Both the position numbers and the translations under genes were made by a program. The notes under the pieces were generated by a model, which worked only from the letters and a program-made list of their open reading frames with translations, was not told the origin of the DNA and made no database searches. Shown piece by piece: positions 61,301-64,000 of a stretch of DNA of 64,000 nt (position 1 is its first letter; each line of letters begins with the position of its first letter). Source of the DNA: Eukaryota sp. GEM-RC1 (Eukaryota); the NCBI GenBank assembly GCA_040285855.1, contig JAUFOQ010000017.1, forward strand, positions 62,001 to 126,000. Direction: 5' to 3'.

Positions 61301-62424
61301 TAGATCCTGCTCCTTCTTTCACACTGGAATATTTGTCTTTAAACAGAAAAACTGCAAATTTTTCAATTATGTTGCAAATTTTGCTTTCTGTTTGTTATTC
61401 ACCAAATCTGTTACAAACGTCTCAATATACTGTCAATACTGCCTCAAACTTAGCCCACCGTAGGCGTGTTTCAAGTATGGTTCAGCAGTACCCTCAATTG
61501 AAAAATCGACAGTGTGTCTTCGTACCTGATACTGATCGAAATATGGACGGATTTAAAAATTTGATCAAGTTATTTGAACCAAATGTTGACTCAAGTCTTA
61601 CGTTGGTTCACGATGCTCAAAGCACTTATATTTTCGAACAAATTCCAAGCCCATATTTGAAATCTTACGAGGTTTTTGATCCTCCCTTCAATCTTTCTCC
61701 TGTTGTTAATTTTTTCTCAAATATTAAATTTGGCTCTAGTACTACTGGAGTTGTTCCTAGGGGACATCAATCTGCTTGTTTTCCTCTCTTAACAAGATCT
61801 GAGACTGTTTTTGCTTCCTTTAGTAATGTTGTTGTTAGCAGAATGTCGTTGGCAATGTCTCCTTTGTTACTCAGTGAGTATGCCCAATCTTATACCATTG
61901 CCTCCCATGTCCAATTGATACAAAGAGCTCACACCACTGCTATTTTCAGTTCTTGCTCTGCGTTACCAGTTTTTCCAAACTTTCTCCAAAAGTTATCTTT
62001 ATTGTTTTTAAATATTGATGATTACCAGAAGAATTTTGTTGATGTTCCTTCATCTGAGACTATCTCTATCTCAGTTGGTCTTACTGATTCTCCAAAAACT
62101 CTCAGTTTTAGTTTGACTGAGCGAAGTAAAAAGTTGTTTGTCAGAGCCAGAAGTCATTGGAATTCCCTAGTTAATAAGACGTTGGAGCTTTCGCTGGAGC
62201 AACGAAGTTCTGTGTCTCATGATGACGTCAGAAATTTGATCAGACACCGAGAGAATCAACTTTCAAGTGTTTCTAAGAATTTCAATAACTTTGCAGATGT
62301 CCTGGACTACTTTATTAAAATATTTGATAGTGACGACTTGTTTTCTGGCGGAATTCTTGACAGGAGTCGCCGTAAAACTAGGGCTAGCATCCTAGACATC
62401 TTGCAAAAATGTCCTAGAATATAG
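58376..62424 (+). CDS. DEAH/RHA-box RNA helicase with an N-terminal Schlafen/AlbA_2-like domain; 36-nt intron 59199-59234; several frameshifts
   Basis: AFLNSKGGVFVGG; LPIH..TGSGKSTQ|LPK, IGYHVG, DEIH, SAT, TNIAESSMTIPD..VID, QREGRIGR, HA2 LTSLG..L..LP. Confidence 0.85.
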
Positions 62425-63680
62425 TAAGTTTTTGATTTGTTTTGAACTTTTCCTATTGATGTATATTCTATCACCGTTTAATAAATCACGTGATTACTAA
62501 AGGTTTGATAGTAAATGTTTTAGGTAAATCGTCTACCAGTATTGATTCAGCGAGTATTTGGAGAGCCTGAATGGTTGTCGTTTATCTTGGCTTTTCTTGA
62601 AAACTAAAAGACTCAAGATGAAGATGCTCATGAGTTCGAACACACCTTGAAGAACACATTGTACAGAAAGAACTTTGATATTGATATACTAGATGATGAT
62701 ACAAACTGCACTTGTATAGATACAGATTATTTGAATAGATCTAAAAAACCAAAGTACATAATTAATTAATGAGAATCTGTTTCCAAAAGCATCATTCAAA
62801 AGCATCATTGAACAATAAACGATCAATATTATTTGATTATATAATTCACTCTCCTATTGTTAACCTCTGACGTATGAACATTATCATTCTAATATCGATC
62901 CTTGGACACCCTAAGGCCATTTATTACAGAACACACCGTTGACTTCAATATCCAGTTGTCGAATGATCTTGATGAATGACGTTTGTCGTCAATCCCGAGG
63001 GATCACAAGTCTTGATACAATTACTTGATTTGATGAATATGTTTTTATTCAAATTCAAAAATTAGATGTAAAATCTCATCAAGTCAAGAGTGTGAGAAGT
63101 TTCATCACATATTTCTGTTAACTAGATATGCTTAAAGACTTGCAAACTTAGTAAACTTAGCAGACAATCACAACTGTTGTATCCCTCATACTCAGGGGTT
63201 GGAAATACCACTTTGATTGGGATTGTACTGTTGGATGGGACTTATGTTCTCAACAGCCGATGGAACTCCAACAGTGATACAAAGCGTCTCATTCAATTCA
63301 CATTTGTGTAGAATTAAAGAAGGATAAGGTAGATCGGTGTCACAGCATAGGTAGACAAAAGATCTACGTGCAGAAGAAGAATAATAATGATAATAAAAAT
63401 AAAAAAGAAGAAGAGAGATACGCTCATTGTTAAAACCCGTTATTGAAAGAACAACGCATCAAAACATCAAAGTAGATCGTCTTTTGTGTCGAACGAAAAC
63501 AAAGATGGTTTCATAAGCTGAGCTATCGAAGAGAAAGGTTGGGTGGAGGTTCTACTATAGGTTGGTACTCTATGGGACAGAAGGAGAAGTGATGGCACGT
63601 TATCATGTTTGCAGGGGCAAATGATGAGAAAGTCAAGATCAATAATTCTGCTAGTGGCACTCTCAGAACTCTTTGAGTAG

Positions 63681-64000
63681 ATGTCTATTGCCAAGGTGTC
63701 TTCTCTTCCAGCTGTGTGGCTTCAAGTCAAGTCTAACTTCTCCTTTACAGACTTAATCTCTTTTGCTCCTGACAATTCATCTTCTGACAGCACTCAATCT
63801 CCAAGAATTCGATCCTTATCTACCACTCCTGACCATCTTCTCCTCTTATGTAGTGACCGTTGTTTACGTATTCTTGATGCTAAATCTCTTCTCCAAGTTC
63901 ATTCGATTCCCTTCGAATCAAGACCTACATCTTTAACAGGTGTCACTTTGACCAACTCTCCTTCTACTATCTGGTGTGGTACTTCTAACAATGAGCTCAT
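63681..64000 (+). CDS. 5' part of a probable WD40/beta-propeller gene running off the window
   Basis: Open from ATG 63681 to the end: LLLLCSDRCLRILDA..IWCGTSNNEL. Confidence 0.55.
   Translation, partial: MSIAKVSSLPAVWLQVKSNFSFTDLISFAPDNSSSDSTQSPRIRSLSTTPDHLLLLCSDRCLRILDAKSLLQVHSIPFESRPTSLTGVTLTNSPSTIWCGTSNNEL

Noticed and set aside
16966..62424. Programmed ribosomal frameshifting or RNA editing as the cause of split genes (S8 protease, UTP4, bystin, ABCC, helicase)
   Set aside because: The shifts examined go in both directions, fall in C/T/A homopolymers and share no motif; long-read indel error is far simpler. Short-read polishing would settle it.
63193..63210. CAGGGGTTGGAAA as another hAT terminus
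   Set aside because: No subterminal ATTGCAAT array, partner TIR or TSD; lies in a decayed coding fragment
213..63694. Numerous 60-170-aa ORFs antisense or out-of-frame to real genes, or inside MITEs
   Set aside because: Shadow ORFs without recognisable motifs, often relying on non-ATG starts
1..64000. Alternative genetic code or selenoprotein readthrough
   Set aside because: TAA, TAG and TGA all end genes at plausible positions; the interruptions examined are explained by introns or indels

Overview
AT-rich (roughly 35% GC by eye) nuclear DNA of a compact-genome flagellated protist. Evidence: very short (about 28-36 nt) GT-AG spliceosomal introns, flagellar genes RIB43A and NME7, and eukaryotic housekeeping genes (eIF2-gamma, TFIIF-beta, SGT2, CysRS, UTP4-like, bystin, ABCC). 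The intron size would fit a metamonad-type lineage, but that is inference. Many genes carry single-base indels in homopolymers, most likely long-read assembly errors. Much of the intergenic space holds non-autonomous hAT elements (CAG/TAG/CAT-initiated TIRs, 8-bp TSDs, family-specific subterminal motif arrays, often nested) and relics of an RLE-type non-LTR retroposon. Highlights: (1) a ~4.5-kb inverted duplication (29300-33780 / 45700-50315) enclosing a 12-kb block. The block holds the only 5' end of an intron-containing D-aminoacylase gene, while the two arms hold alternative 3' halves. (2) An unameliorated bacterial fragment (Shine-Dalgarno, membrane ORF, truncated TetR) in both arms. (3) A bacterial-type GshB with introns. 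(4) A Schlafen/AlbA_2 + DEAH-box helicase fusion gene. (5) One hAT family carrying different internal cargo at the same position. All assignments are by visual motif recognition; no searches were run.
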